A stretch of 40,484 nucleotides of DNA from Promethearchaeota archaeon (lineage in GTDB: Archaea; Asgardarchaeota; Lokiarchaeia; Sigyniarchaeales; SOKP01), in the NCBI GenBank assembly GCA_048938445.1, contig JBHLME010000028.1, positions 1 to 40,484 on the forward strand, written 5' to 3'. The position numbers and the translations under genes are program-made. This document shows positions 1-8,847 of the stretch, piece after piece. Position 1 is the first letter of the stretch. Each line of letters starts with the position of its first letter. Below the pieces are notes generated by a model. It did no database searches, had not been told where the DNA came from, and was given only the letters and a program-made list of their open reading frames with translations.

Positions 1-173
1 AATCCGAAATTATCAATCATGTTTATACAAATCCTCTCAATACCAGAATATTCATCAATTATTATTTGAATTGGATCGGGTATCGCTCTAGAAGGGGGAT
101 TAATACCTAATAATTTAAGTATTGTTGCTGGTAATTGAGACATGTAACATTTGATTGTCTGAAGCTCACTCAT
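1..173 (-). CDS. N-terminal part of a probable alkaline phosphatase-superfamily (nucleotide pyrophosphatase-like) protein, runs off window edge
   Basis: Not in ORF track. ATG at 173 reads MSELQTIKCYMSQLPATILKLLGINPP...IERICINMIDNFG, open to the edge; resembles the 'lpaTil.llG ... vvliliDglG' start of AlkP-superfamily proteins. Confidence 0.5.
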   Translation of the reverse strand, partial: MSELQTIKCYMSQLPATILKLLGINPPSRAIPDPIQIIIDEYSGIERICINMIDNFG

Positions 174-291
174 TTAAAGATTACACTTTAAAAATATTTT
201 TGAATTTAATAAAATATCTTATATTAATATTATTATAATCATACCAATTTATTTTTTTGTAGATAAACGCAAATAGTTTTAATTTTTATAA

Positions 292-1563
292 ATGATGAAA
301 GTACTTTACATTGATACCACAAATTCTGGATTTTCAGGGGACATGTTTTTAGCAGCTCTATTAAATTTAATAAATAATAAGGATGAGATCATTTCTGAAT
401 TATGTGAGTTAAAAAATTATCTTTCTGGTGTGAAAAAACTAAATATTTCTTTAAATGAATTAAAACGTTCTGGAATTCTAATAAATAAACTAGAAATAAA
501 AATAGAAGAATCTAAAACACATAGAAAAGCAGAAAGCTTAAAAATAGCTCTGAATAAATTTTTAAATGAAAAAAATTTTTCAGATTTAGCAAAAAGATAT
601 GCAAATTCTGTATTAGACTCCTTAATTCAAGCAGAAAGTGAGATTCATGGTGAATTGACAAATCAAATACATTTGCATGAACTTAGTTCAGTAGATACAC
701 TCATTGATGTTTTAGGTGTTTCTCGCGTTTTAGATCTTCTAGGCACTTTCAATAAAGAATTTACAGTTTTTTGCAGTAAGTTGCCATTAGGAAGTGGAAT
801 AATAAAAACGGCACATGGATTTTTACCAATTCCTGCCCCAGCAACCCTAAAAATATTAGAAAATTCAAATTTAGAAATTTTTGGAAGTCCGATTATAAGT
901 GAGCTGGTAACACCTACGGGTGCCGCCTTATTAACGAGTTTAAATCCAAAAACTTCCTCATATGAAATGAGATTAGAAAAGGTCGTCTATAGCACTGGTC
1001 AAAAAAAATTCGACAATTTTTCAAATATTTTACGATTATTTTATGGAACTAATGAACAAACCATATCTCAAGATGAAAATCATGTATTACAAAATTACAT
1101 TGAACCAGTTTGCATTTTAGAAACGGATGTTGATGATGTGTCTGGTGAAATACTAGGAAATTTTATCAAGAGCTTAGAAAGTGAAAATATCTTGGATGTT
1201 CAAGTAATTCCTAGCATTACAAAAAAAAATAGACCTAGTCATATTATTCAGGTTTTATGTCTTCCTAAATATAAGTTTCAGATAATTGAAATGATTATTG
1301 AAGAATTAGGAACTTTAGGTGTCCGTGTAAATACAATCGAACGGGTCTGTATCGATAGAAAGATTGAAAAGAGAACTATTGAGGTTAATAATAAAAAGTA
1401 TGAAATTAGGGTTAAAATTTCATTTATAAATCTTCCAAAAGAGCAGAAGATAATAAATATTAAGCCAGAATATGAAGATCTAAAAAAAATAAGCAAATTG
1501 TCTGGATTACCTGTTAAAAAAGTACTAACTATTGCTCATTCAGATATAAAAGACATTTTTTAA
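292..1563 (+). CDS. larC: Nickel-pincer cofactor nickel-insertion protein LarC
   Basis: SGFSGDMFLAAL, AESEIHG, IHLHEL..VDTLID, AHG.LPIPAPATL, ELVTPTGAAL, LETDVDD, TLGVR, KPEYED motifs; single uninterrupted ORF. Confidence 0.93.
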   Translation: MMKVLYIDTTNSGFSGDMFLAALLNLINNKDEIISELCELKNYLSGVKKLNISLNELKRSGILINKLEIKIEESKTHRKAESLKIALNKFLNEKNFSDLAKRYANSVLDSLIQAESEIHGELTNQIHLHELSSVDTLIDVLGVSRVLDLLGTFNKEFTVFCSKLPLGSGIIKTAHGFLPIPAPATLKILENSNLEIFGSPIISELVTPTGAALLTSLNPKTSSYEMRLEKVVYSTGQKKFDNFSNILRLFYGTNEQTISQDENHVLQNYIEPVCILETDVDDVSGEILGNFIKSLESENILDVQVIPSITKKNRPSHIIQVLCLPKYKFQIIEMIIEELGTLGVRVNTIERVCIDRKIEKRTIEVNNKKYEIRVKISFINLPKEQKIINIKPEYEDLKKISKLSGLPVKKVLTIAHSDIKDIF

Positions 1564-1617
1564 TCAAATACTCTCAAAAAAATTAAAAAAAAATAGGGTT
1601 AGGAATATAATTTCCAT

Positions 1618-2145
1618 TTAAAACTTGTCAATATGAAATTTATTTAGTATGTACTCGTCTTCTACCATTTCCTCTGAAAATTTCTCGAGTCTCTTGAGTT
1701 CTTTTCTTATTTCTTTTTCTTTCCGTAATTTTCCTAACTCATGATAAATTTTTGCTGCCTCAGAAAACATGTTTATGCATTCAGCATAGTCTCCTGATAC
1801 CTCAAGATCTTCTGCTAAATATACTAATCCTTCTGCTAATTCGTATTTATTACCTAATTTTCTCTGAATTTTTAAAGAACGTTTATGATATTCCAAACTT
1901 TTAACATGTTGCTTGAATATTGAATAAGTTCGTCCAATTGTCCTTAAAACTATTGCTCCTTGTTCCTTCATGTCTTTCTGCTTGCAATGCTCTAATAGTT
2001 TTTCTAAAAATGCAATATAATCCTTTAATGCTGATTTATCCTTTTGAGGATCAATATATAGCAACATTTTTTCGTATGATTCAAGAGTGTTATCAATATC
2101 TCCCGTATCAAAATATTGCTTTGACTTTTCAAAAAAGTTTTCCAT
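1618..2145 (-). CDS. Tetratricopeptide-repeat protein
   Basis: TPR helices (LRTIGRTYSIFKQHVKSLEYHKRSLKIQRKLGN; AECINMFSEAAKIYHELG); ATG at 2145 preferred over the TTG at 2166. Confidence 0.75.
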   Translation of the reverse strand: MENFFEKSKQYFDTGDIDNTLESYEKMLLYIDPQKDKSALKDYIAFLEKLLEHCKQKDMKEQGAIVLRTIGRTYSIFKQHVKSLEYHKRSLKIQRKLGNKYELAEGLVYLAEDLEVSGDYAECINMFSEAAKIYHELGKLRKEKEIRKELKRLEKFSEEMVEDEYILNKFHIDKF

Positions 2146-2407
2146 AATCGCGACCACTGGTCTCAACTACGCGCTTTTAAATTAGTTTAATTTAAATTTT
2201 CATGTTTTATTTAAAATAAGTTCAATAATTATTATAATCAATAACCTTTATATATTTATTGATCTTAATTTTTAGCCTTAGTCATACCAAAAAAGGGTCA
2301 ATTGACTAAGAATATTACTATTAAACATTTAGGAAGGATTTCATCAAAAGGGTATTAAACTAATAAAGTAAACATTTATATAAAATTTAAGAATTAATAA
2401 AATTCTT

Positions 2408-3490
2408 TTAGAGGAGATTTAATTTTGAGTTAATTTGTTGTGTTTTAGTGATAATCTTCTTAAACTCTTCTAAATCATCATTTAACATTGTTTTTAATAA
2501 ATAAATCTTCAATTTTTTAATTTTTTCTAAAGTTAAAGAAAATTTTAATTCACAATCTTTATAGAGATTAGATAACTCATTATAGAGAGATTTTGCATAT
2601 GCTTGATCATATTTTTTCAATGCATTTATTACGTTTTTAAATTCTACTAAATAAAGATACTTGTTTAATTCTTTGAGCATTTCCCTCCCAATTACATTTA
2701 AATGGGAAATGTTTTGAACAATTCCAGTTTTAAGGGTAAATTCAAATTCAGTCTTATATTTATCAAACAATACCTTAAAATAGGCTTTTATTTTATCTTC
2801 AACACTTTCTAAATTAACATTTGGATTAATAAAAAAGGTCACCGTGAATTTTTCATAACTAAAAGTTTGAATTTTTAAATTTATTCCTGTTAATCTTAAT
2901 TCTGAGAGTTTTTGCATGTTAATATTCCGAGAAAATTTTTCTAATGCACTCACAAACATCGGAATTAATTCGATATCAAAATCTGGGTTTAAATATTCAT
3001 TATTTTCCGAACCTTTTATAAAAGATTCAAGAGCTCCCTCAAAAATTTCAAAAATGAGTAAGGTTTTGCCAGATTTGTCAGCAATGAAACATCCAATGAA
3101 CGATGGTGCATTTTCTTCGACATTTCCACTGTTTATTGCATTTTCTTGTTCAATCGTCTCGATTAAATGCTGCAATTGGTGGGATATATTTAAATTATTT
3201 AAGATTTCATTAAAATCATCCTTAGTCTTATCGGAAAGACTAAAAATTTCAACATTGTTTATGGTATTTACCTCAATATAGCCCTTTTCTAATAAATATT
3301 GAAAAGCAAAATCAATATTCTCTTTTGAGAGCCTGAGCTTAATTGTTTGCCCTTTTTTTGAAACAACAATTTCTTGATTGATATAATAAAGGACTTTTAT
3401 CAATGTTTTTAATTGATTTTCAGTCAATTCTCCTGAAGAAATCTCTTTCAATAGATTATCTAAGTCTAAAGGAGATTGTGCGTTGCTCAT
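2408..3490 (-). CDS. Hypothetical protein: N-terminal winged-helix-like region, central longin-like domain, C-terminal coiled coil
   Basis: LTENQLKTL...FQYLLEKGYIE...FSLSDK (wHTH pattern); IGCFIADKSGKTL...LIPMFVSALEKFSRNI...FTVTFF (longin-like pattern typical of Asgard proteins). Confidence 0.55.
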   Translation of the reverse strand: MSNAQSPLDLDNLLKEISSGELTENQLKTLIKVLYYINQEIVVSKKGQTIKLRLSKENIDFAFQYLLEKGYIEVNTINNVEIFSLSDKTKDDFNEILNNLNISHQLQHLIETIEQENAINSGNVEENAPSFIGCFIADKSGKTLLIFEIFEGALESFIKGSENNEYLNPDFDIELIPMFVSALEKFSRNINMQKLSELRLTGINLKIQTFSYEKFTVTFFINPNVNLESVEDKIKAYFKVLFDKYKTEFEFTLKTGIVQNISHLNVIGREMLKELNKYLYLVEFKNVINALKKYDQAYAKSLYNELSNLYKDCELKFSLTLEKIKKLKIYLLKTMLNDDLEEFKKIITKTQQINSKLNLL

Positions 3491-3598
3491 GCTAAGAATA
3501 CCTCTTCATAAATATAAACTTGGAGATCTTATTTAAATAGCATTGAAAAATGGATTTATTTGTTCTATTGAAACAAAATTTTCTAAATGAGGATAAAA

Positions 3599-4393
3599 TT
3601 ATTTATTCATTTTATTTGCTATGATGGCAGCAGATGCTGCCGCTCCAAATCCATTATCAATATTCACTACTAATAAACCTGGAGAACAAGATTGCAGCAT
3701 TGTAATTAGAGCTCCTTCCCCACTTGCTCCAAGTCCATAACCACTTGAAATGGGAACGCCAATTACAGGGATATCAACAAGAGCAGCAACTACTCCAGGG
3801 AGAGTCCCTTCCATTCCTGCACAAACTATTAACACATTGACACCTTTTTGAATCATGAGACTTAGAGGTTTAAAAATTCTATGCATTCCTGCAATACCAA
3901 CATCGTAGCTGGAGATTACTTCGCATCCCATTATTTTTAAAATTTCTCTTGCTTCTTCAGCGACGGGAATATCAGAACTTCCTGCAGTTATAATTCCTAC
4001 GACACCATCTTTTTTTTCGAATTTGAATGATTTTTTTTTTACTAAAATTATTTTAGCTAATTCATTTTTTTCTATATCATATTTATTATTATTATCATAT
4101 ACTTTCAAGATAATATCTTCATGTTCTTCACGATATCGAGATATGATCGCATATTCATTGTTTTCCAAAAATGAGTTGATAATTTTAATTAATACGTCAG
4201 GTGTTTTATTTTGAGCATAAATCACCTCAGGAACTCCTGTTCTTGTTCGACGAAAAATATCCAATTTTGCTAATTCTCCTACTTCCTCTATCATATTAGC
4301 TTTTAATAATTTTTCCGCTTGTTCAATTGTTATTTCATTTTCTATTAATTTTTTTAAAATATCTTTTACATCATCCATTATTTTAGCACTCAT
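3599..4393 (-). CDS. larB: Nickel-pincer cofactor biosynthesis protein LarB (PurE/NCAIR-mutase-like)
   Basis: D..R..RTGVPEVIY, TAGSSDIPVAEEA, DVGIAGMHR, AGMEGTLP, PVIGVP.S.GYG, VVNIDNGFGAA; start may be ATG 4378. Confidence 0.93.
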   Translation of the reverse strand: MSAKIMDDVKDILKKLIENEITIEQAEKLLKANMIEEVGELAKLDIFRRTRTGVPEVIYAQNKTPDVLIKIINSFLENNEYAIISRYREEHEDIILKVYDNNNKYDIEKNELAKIILVKKKSFKFEKKDGVVGIITAGSSDIPVAEEAREILKIMGCEVISSYDVGIAGMHRIFKPLSLMIQKGVNVLIVCAGMEGTLPGVVAALVDIPVIGVPISSGYGLGASGEGALITMLQSCSPGLLVVNIDNGFGAAASAAIIANKMNK

Positions 4394-7026
4394 CCAAATG
4401 GTTTAATTAATTTAAAAGAAGATTGAAATATTTTTTTTTCTATAAAATTTTTAATCCAATTTTCAACACCGAAATAGTCTTGAGTATTAGATTTTTCTCC
4501 ATTAAGTAAATTTGGTTTATATATATCTCCATTCAAATTAGGTGGTCGCCCATACGATTTTACATGATCCCAATTAGAATCATCATAGTCTAATTTTCTC
4601 CACTCCTCTGTTTCTTGTATATGATTGGTGCACAACCACCAATGATCGCTAGTGATCTGTTGAATCCTATTATATTTTAGTCTATTTTGCCCATAAATAT
4701 TAAAAGCTCCTTTCCCCCCTTCATAATTGTGTGCTTCTATTGCTAAAATATTTTCTCCTTCCTTTAATTTTTTCGTAATATCAAAACTTTTAACTCGCAA
4801 GTAAATTGGAAGAGGTGATAATGAAAATCTACTATAAACTTCACCTAAATATTCATTATTCAAATAAATTTTCATGTAATTACCAGCAATGCACTGAATT
4901 ACTGCATCTGAAATTGGTTCTATTATCTCTATTATTTTTCTAAAATAGCATGGATTATCTGAATTGTCTTGTTCATTCATCCATATCCATTCAGATTCTA
5001 TGAAAGGATCTTGAAAAGTTATATTCAATTTTAATTGTTCTATTTTTTCTTCATAGCATTTTATTAGAAAATCGAATAAATTTAAAATTTGATCTAAGCA
5101 AGGACGTTTTGCTGCGTTTAACCAAAGCTTTTCATACCTTTCTTTTAAGTTATTTGTTTTAACAATAAATTTTTCTAAGGATATTATGATCTCTTTTAAT
5201 TCACCTTTGTTTATGTCTGATTTAAGTAAAGATACGGAAACGTCATAAGATAATTCAGTTTTTTCTGCTAAATACTTGGCTAATTCAGCACCAAATTGAA
5301 TATATAGAAAATTTTGTTTTTCAAAATTCACTTTTAACTTTATTACCTCATAAATCTCCAAACATTTATTTGCTGAGAGGGCCAATTCTTTTACATTTTT
5401 TAAACTTGATTTAAATTTTTTATTAGGAAAAGGATGTTTAAAGAGATAAGTATAAAATAGTGGGGGTAACAAAACTGAAACTCTATAATATAATGAAACT
5501 GAAGAACTTAAAACGGTAAACATTTCATTAAATTTTAAAAGATATTTCTTATTGATTCCATAAAAAAGATATCCATATTGATTTTTAAACTCATTATAAT
5601 TAAAATTTGGAGTTGTCCAGGTAATTGCTCCTGTTAAGATAGAACCGAAGATTTCATTTTCCCTAAATGTATAATATCTTTGATCCCCCCAAGTACTTGT
5701 TATAAGCCCCAAACAGCCATAATCTCTATAATTATATGCTTCATTTGCTAAATTGATAATATTTTCACTAGCATTTTTATTATCTGGAAAATGTCTTTGC
5801 CAATTAAGCATAGAAGGGCTAAGAATAATTCTAAAACCTGCATTTAAAAGCTTCTTAATTTCTGTATATTTTCCCTTTGGATCATAATTCCAATACATTA
5901 GAATGATATTTTTATTCAATTTTAAGATGATATCATCATTAATATTCAAGAGGTCATGATATATTATTACATTTTGATTGTTATTTCTTTTAGTGATATC
6001 AATAATTTTCTCACAAAATTCAATCATAATGTTATTTACTCCTTGTTTTTTACAATATTCTTTAGAGCGCCCTTTTCCCAGATCATATGGTTCATCACAT
6101 CCAATATGAAAATATTCTGTTGAGAAAGATTTACTCAACTCAGAGATGTAATCTTCAATAAAAGAATAAATTTCTGGATTAGAAAGATCAAAACAATGAG
6201 CACCTGGGAATTCTCCTAAATGCATGTATTCCTCATGCATTAGAATATTATCAGCATGGCCTAAACATTCAAAAATTGGAACTAATTCTACATAATGTTC
6301 TCTTGCAAACTTATCAATTTGCTTAATTTGATTAATTGTCAAGCGTCCCCGCTTTTTTCCTATCTTTGGATGCTTGGGATGACTAAATACATCTTCAATA
6401 TAAAAACAACAAAAATTCAATTTATAATGACTTAAGATTTTTAAAAATCTTTTAGCACTTTTAACCGTAAAAATCTGCCCACGTGAAATATCTAATGAAA
6501 CTCCTCTAATTTTTAAATCGGGAACATCTTTAATTTCTATTTCAGGGAGATATAATTCAGATCTTTCATTAATTGGGGCTTTGATTAATTTTTTATTAGA
6601 GAGCAAAGCGTTTTTCATTAATTGAATTATTGTTTGAACGCCATAAAATAATCCTTTTTCAAACTTACCATAGATGCATATTTTGTTATTTTTTATTTCT
6701 ATATTATATGCTTCTTCATTATTAATGTCTAGAATATCCCATTCTGATTTTTGCTCTAGATAATATCTATCAGAATCCTTTATTTCACCTTCCTTTAGTT
6801 TTATCGAGGTGTTACTTCGTAAAAACTTATTAATATCATTGATTAATAATTTTGGTTTTGAAATGTTAAAATGAGTTAGAATGCATTCAGAACTTAGTAT
6901 ATAAGCATTATTTTCTTCAAGTTTATTGATTTGTTTAGGGAAAGGTATAAGCATTAAGGGCTCGGTCAAAAAATCTGGTACCTTATGTAAATTTGTAATA
7001 AATAATGCCTTTAATGAAGACCTCAT
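4390..7026 (-). CDS. Glycoside hydrolase family 20 (beta-N-acetylhexosaminidase) with C-terminal beta-sandwich/carbohydrate-binding-like domain
   Basis: Domain 2 (EEAYNIEI...GLFYGVQT), IKD.P.LKIRGVSLDISR, catalytic HIGCDE, YWNY, TWGD; C-terminal WIW...YFRK...IYLNNEY...LKEGENILAIEAHN; stop overlaps larB start (ATGA). Confidence 0.88.
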   Translation of the reverse strand: MRSSLKALFITNLHKVPDFLTEPLMLIPFPKQINKLEENNAYILSSECILTHFNISKPKLLINDINKFLRSNTSIKLKEGEIKDSDRYYLEQKSEWDILDINNEEAYNIEIKNNKICIYGKFEKGLFYGVQTIIQLMKNALLSNKKLIKAPINERSELYLPEIEIKDVPDLKIRGVSLDISRGQIFTVKSAKRFLKILSHYKLNFCCFYIEDVFSHPKHPKIGKKRGRLTINQIKQIDKFAREHYVELVPIFECLGHADNILMHEEYMHLGEFPGAHCFDLSNPEIYSFIEDYISELSKSFSTEYFHIGCDEPYDLGKGRSKEYCKKQGVNNIMIEFCEKIIDITKRNNNQNVIIYHDLLNINDDIILKLNKNIILMYWNYDPKGKYTEIKKLLNAGFRIILSPSMLNWQRHFPDNKNASENIINLANEAYNYRDYGCLGLITSTWGDQRYYTFRENEIFGSILTGAITWTTPNFNYNEFKNQYGYLFYGINKKYLLKFNEMFTVLSSSVSLYYRVSVLLPPLFYTYLFKHPFPNKKFKSSLKNVKELALSANKCLEIYEVIKLKVNFEKQNFLYIQFGAELAKYLAEKTELSYDVSVSLLKSDINKGELKEIIISLEKFIVKTNNLKERYEKLWLNAAKRPCLDQILNLFDFLIKCYEEKIEQLKLNITFQDPFIESEWIWMNEQDNSDNPCYFRKIIEIIEPISDAVIQCIAGNYMKIYLNNEYLGEVYSRFSLSPLPIYLRVKSFDITKKLKEGENILAIEAHNYEGGKGAFNIYGQNRLKYNRIQQITSDHWWLCTNHIQETEEWRKLDYDDSNWDHVKSYGRPPNLNGDIYKPNLLNGEKSNTQDYFGVENWIKNFIEKKIFQSSFKLIKPFG

Positions 7027-7187
7027 TGGGAAATATAGATATTTTTAATATTATTTAACTTTAATTCCATACTTTTTTATAATAAATCTTTTAAAGTTTA
7101 TAAATTTAAAAAAAGATTATAAAAAATCAAAATAATAATAAGTTGTATAATAAATATTATCAAATCCATATTAGAAGTGATAATGAA

Positions 7188-8405
7188 ATGAAAATTGATT
7201 ATACGTCTTATAAAGATGTAGATTTAAAAGGAAAAAAAGTGTTAATGCGTGTTGATATCAACTCAAACATCGATCTAGAGAACAATAAGATTAGAGATTC
7301 ACCTCGAATTCGTGCACTAGTTCCAGCATTAGAAGAGTTAAAAGAGAGTGCAATTATTATATTAGCCCATCAATCTAGACCGGGAATGGATGATTTTACA
7401 AATTTAGATATCCATGCAAAAGAAATTGAAAGTCAATTGGGACGTCCTGTTAAATTTGTCGAGGATATTTTTGGAGCAAAAGCAGTAAATGCCATTAAAA
7501 ATTTAAATCCTGGGGAAATCCTTGTTTTAAACAATGTTAGAAAATATGAAGAGGAAATGAAAAATTATAAAGAATTTTCAGATGCAGAAAATACTGAAAT
7601 GATTAAAACTTTATACCCTTTAATAGATTACGCAATAGTGGATGCTTTTGGAGCAGCTCATAGAGCTCACGCATCAATTGTCGGATGGCCAAAAATGTTA
7701 GCGGGGCCTATTACAACCAAAGAATTATATGCCTTGAAAAAAATAATGGATGAACCCGACAAACCAATGGCAATGTTGATTGGAGGAGCAAAAGCAATAG
7801 ATAAATTTAAGGCAATGAATTATAATTTTGAAAATGACAAGCTAGATTATGCCTTATGTTCGGGATTGACAGCGATATTAATATTTGAAGCTTTAGGTAA
7901 AGATATGGGAAGTGTAAATCATAAAATCATAGCAGAAGATTTAGAAGCAAATAAGAGCATGATTGCTGAAACCTATAAGAAATTTAAAGATAAAATAATC
8001 CTCCCTCAAGATCTAATCATTGACGAAAATGGTAATAGAAAAACCATTACAATTGATGAAGCAGGTACCGCCAACACCACTACAGGTGATATTGGACCAA
8101 AAACTTCTGAAAACTTTAAGGAGATAATCATGAAAAGCAAGACCATTGTTGCAAATGGGCCACCAGGAATATTCGAGAAAGAGGTGTTTAAAAAGGCAAC
8201 CTATGACATGGTAGATGCGATGGTTGAAGCCACTAAAAAAGGTGCCTTAACAATAATTGGGGGCGGCGAAATGGGTGCAGCGGCAGAAATGTCTGGTAAA
8301 GGTGATGGTATTTCTTTCATATCTACGGCAGGTGGAGCAATGTTAGAAATACTCTCAGGGAAAGATCTTCCCATGATAAAAGCATTAAGGGAAAAGAAAC
8401 TATAA
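7188..8405 (+). CDS. pgk: Phosphoglycerate kinase
   Basis: DLKGKKVLMRVDINS, LAHQSRPG, DAFGAAHRAHAS, GGAK, NGPPGIFE, GGGE, ISTAGGAMLE; ATG 7188 follows SD-like GAAGTGA. Confidence 0.97.
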   Translation: MKIDYTSYKDVDLKGKKVLMRVDINSNIDLENNKIRDSPRIRALVPALEELKESAIIILAHQSRPGMDDFTNLDIHAKEIESQLGRPVKFVEDIFGAKAVNAIKNLNPGEILVLNNVRKYEEEMKNYKEFSDAENTEMIKTLYPLIDYAIVDAFGAAHRAHASIVGWPKMLAGPITTKELYALKKIMDEPDKPMAMLIGGAKAIDKFKAMNYNFENDKLDYALCSGLTAILIFEALGKDMGSVNHKIIAEDLEANKSMIAETYKKFKDKIILPQDLIIDENGNRKTITIDEAGTANTTTGDIGPKTSENFKEIIMKSKTIVANGPPGIFEKEVFKKATYDMVDAMVEATKKGALTIIGGGEMGAAAEMSGKGDGISFISTAGGAMLEILSGKDLPMIKALREKKL

Positions 8406-8406
8406 T

Positions 8407-8427
8407 TTTTTTTTATATTTTTTTTTA
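8407..8427 (+). terminator. Oligo-T archaeal terminator after pgk
   Basis: Two long T runs immediately after the stop codon. Confidence 0.45.
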
Positions 8428-8516
8428 TTAATCATTTAACCTTTAGAGAAAAATTCTTTAAGCTTATAGTTTTAGTTATATTATAAAGTCTTATAATATT
8501 AATTTATATTTAATAG

Positions 8517-8617
8517 GCGCCCGTGGTCTAGAAAATTAAGGATTTCGCTTAATTGGATAATGGTATGACGTCCGCTTGACGTGCGGAAGGTCGGGAGTTC
8601 AATCCTCCCCGGGCGCA
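8517..8617 (+). tRNA. tRNA-Val(GAC) with a ~27-29 nt intron in the D-loop (about 8532-8560); CCA not encoded
   Basis: Acceptor GCGCCCG/CGGGCGC-A; anticodon arm TCCGC-TTGACGT-GCGGA; T arm GGGAG-TTCAATC-CTCCC; insert with AATTAAG/CTTAATT hairpin between GTCTAG and TGGTATGAC; TTATAA about 26 nt upstream, T-run downstream. Confidence 0.93.
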
Positions 8618-8847
8618 TTTTTTTTAAAGAATCTATTGTAATCTGTCTAAATCAATATCTTTTCCTGAAAGAATGTCATTTTAGTCATCTAATTTCTATA
8701 AAAATTTTGTTGGATTTAAAATTATATTATCTAGCTTTATCAATATTGATCTTGCTAGATTTATTAAGATCATTAAATAAAATATTAAATATAGAAAAAA
8801 TCTATTAAAAAATTATTTCATAATTTATTTTAAGACGTTTTATCCAC

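Noticed and set aside
1618-2145. alpha-SNAP homolog
   Set aside because: Only generic TPR features and too short; cannot be supported without a profile search
7143-7187. TTG-start extension of pgk
   Set aside because: ATG 7188 has an SD-like motif and matches the family N-terminus
8581-8808. 75-aa ORF from the track
   Set aside because: Begins inside tRNA-Val and continues through AT-rich intergenic DNA; no protein features
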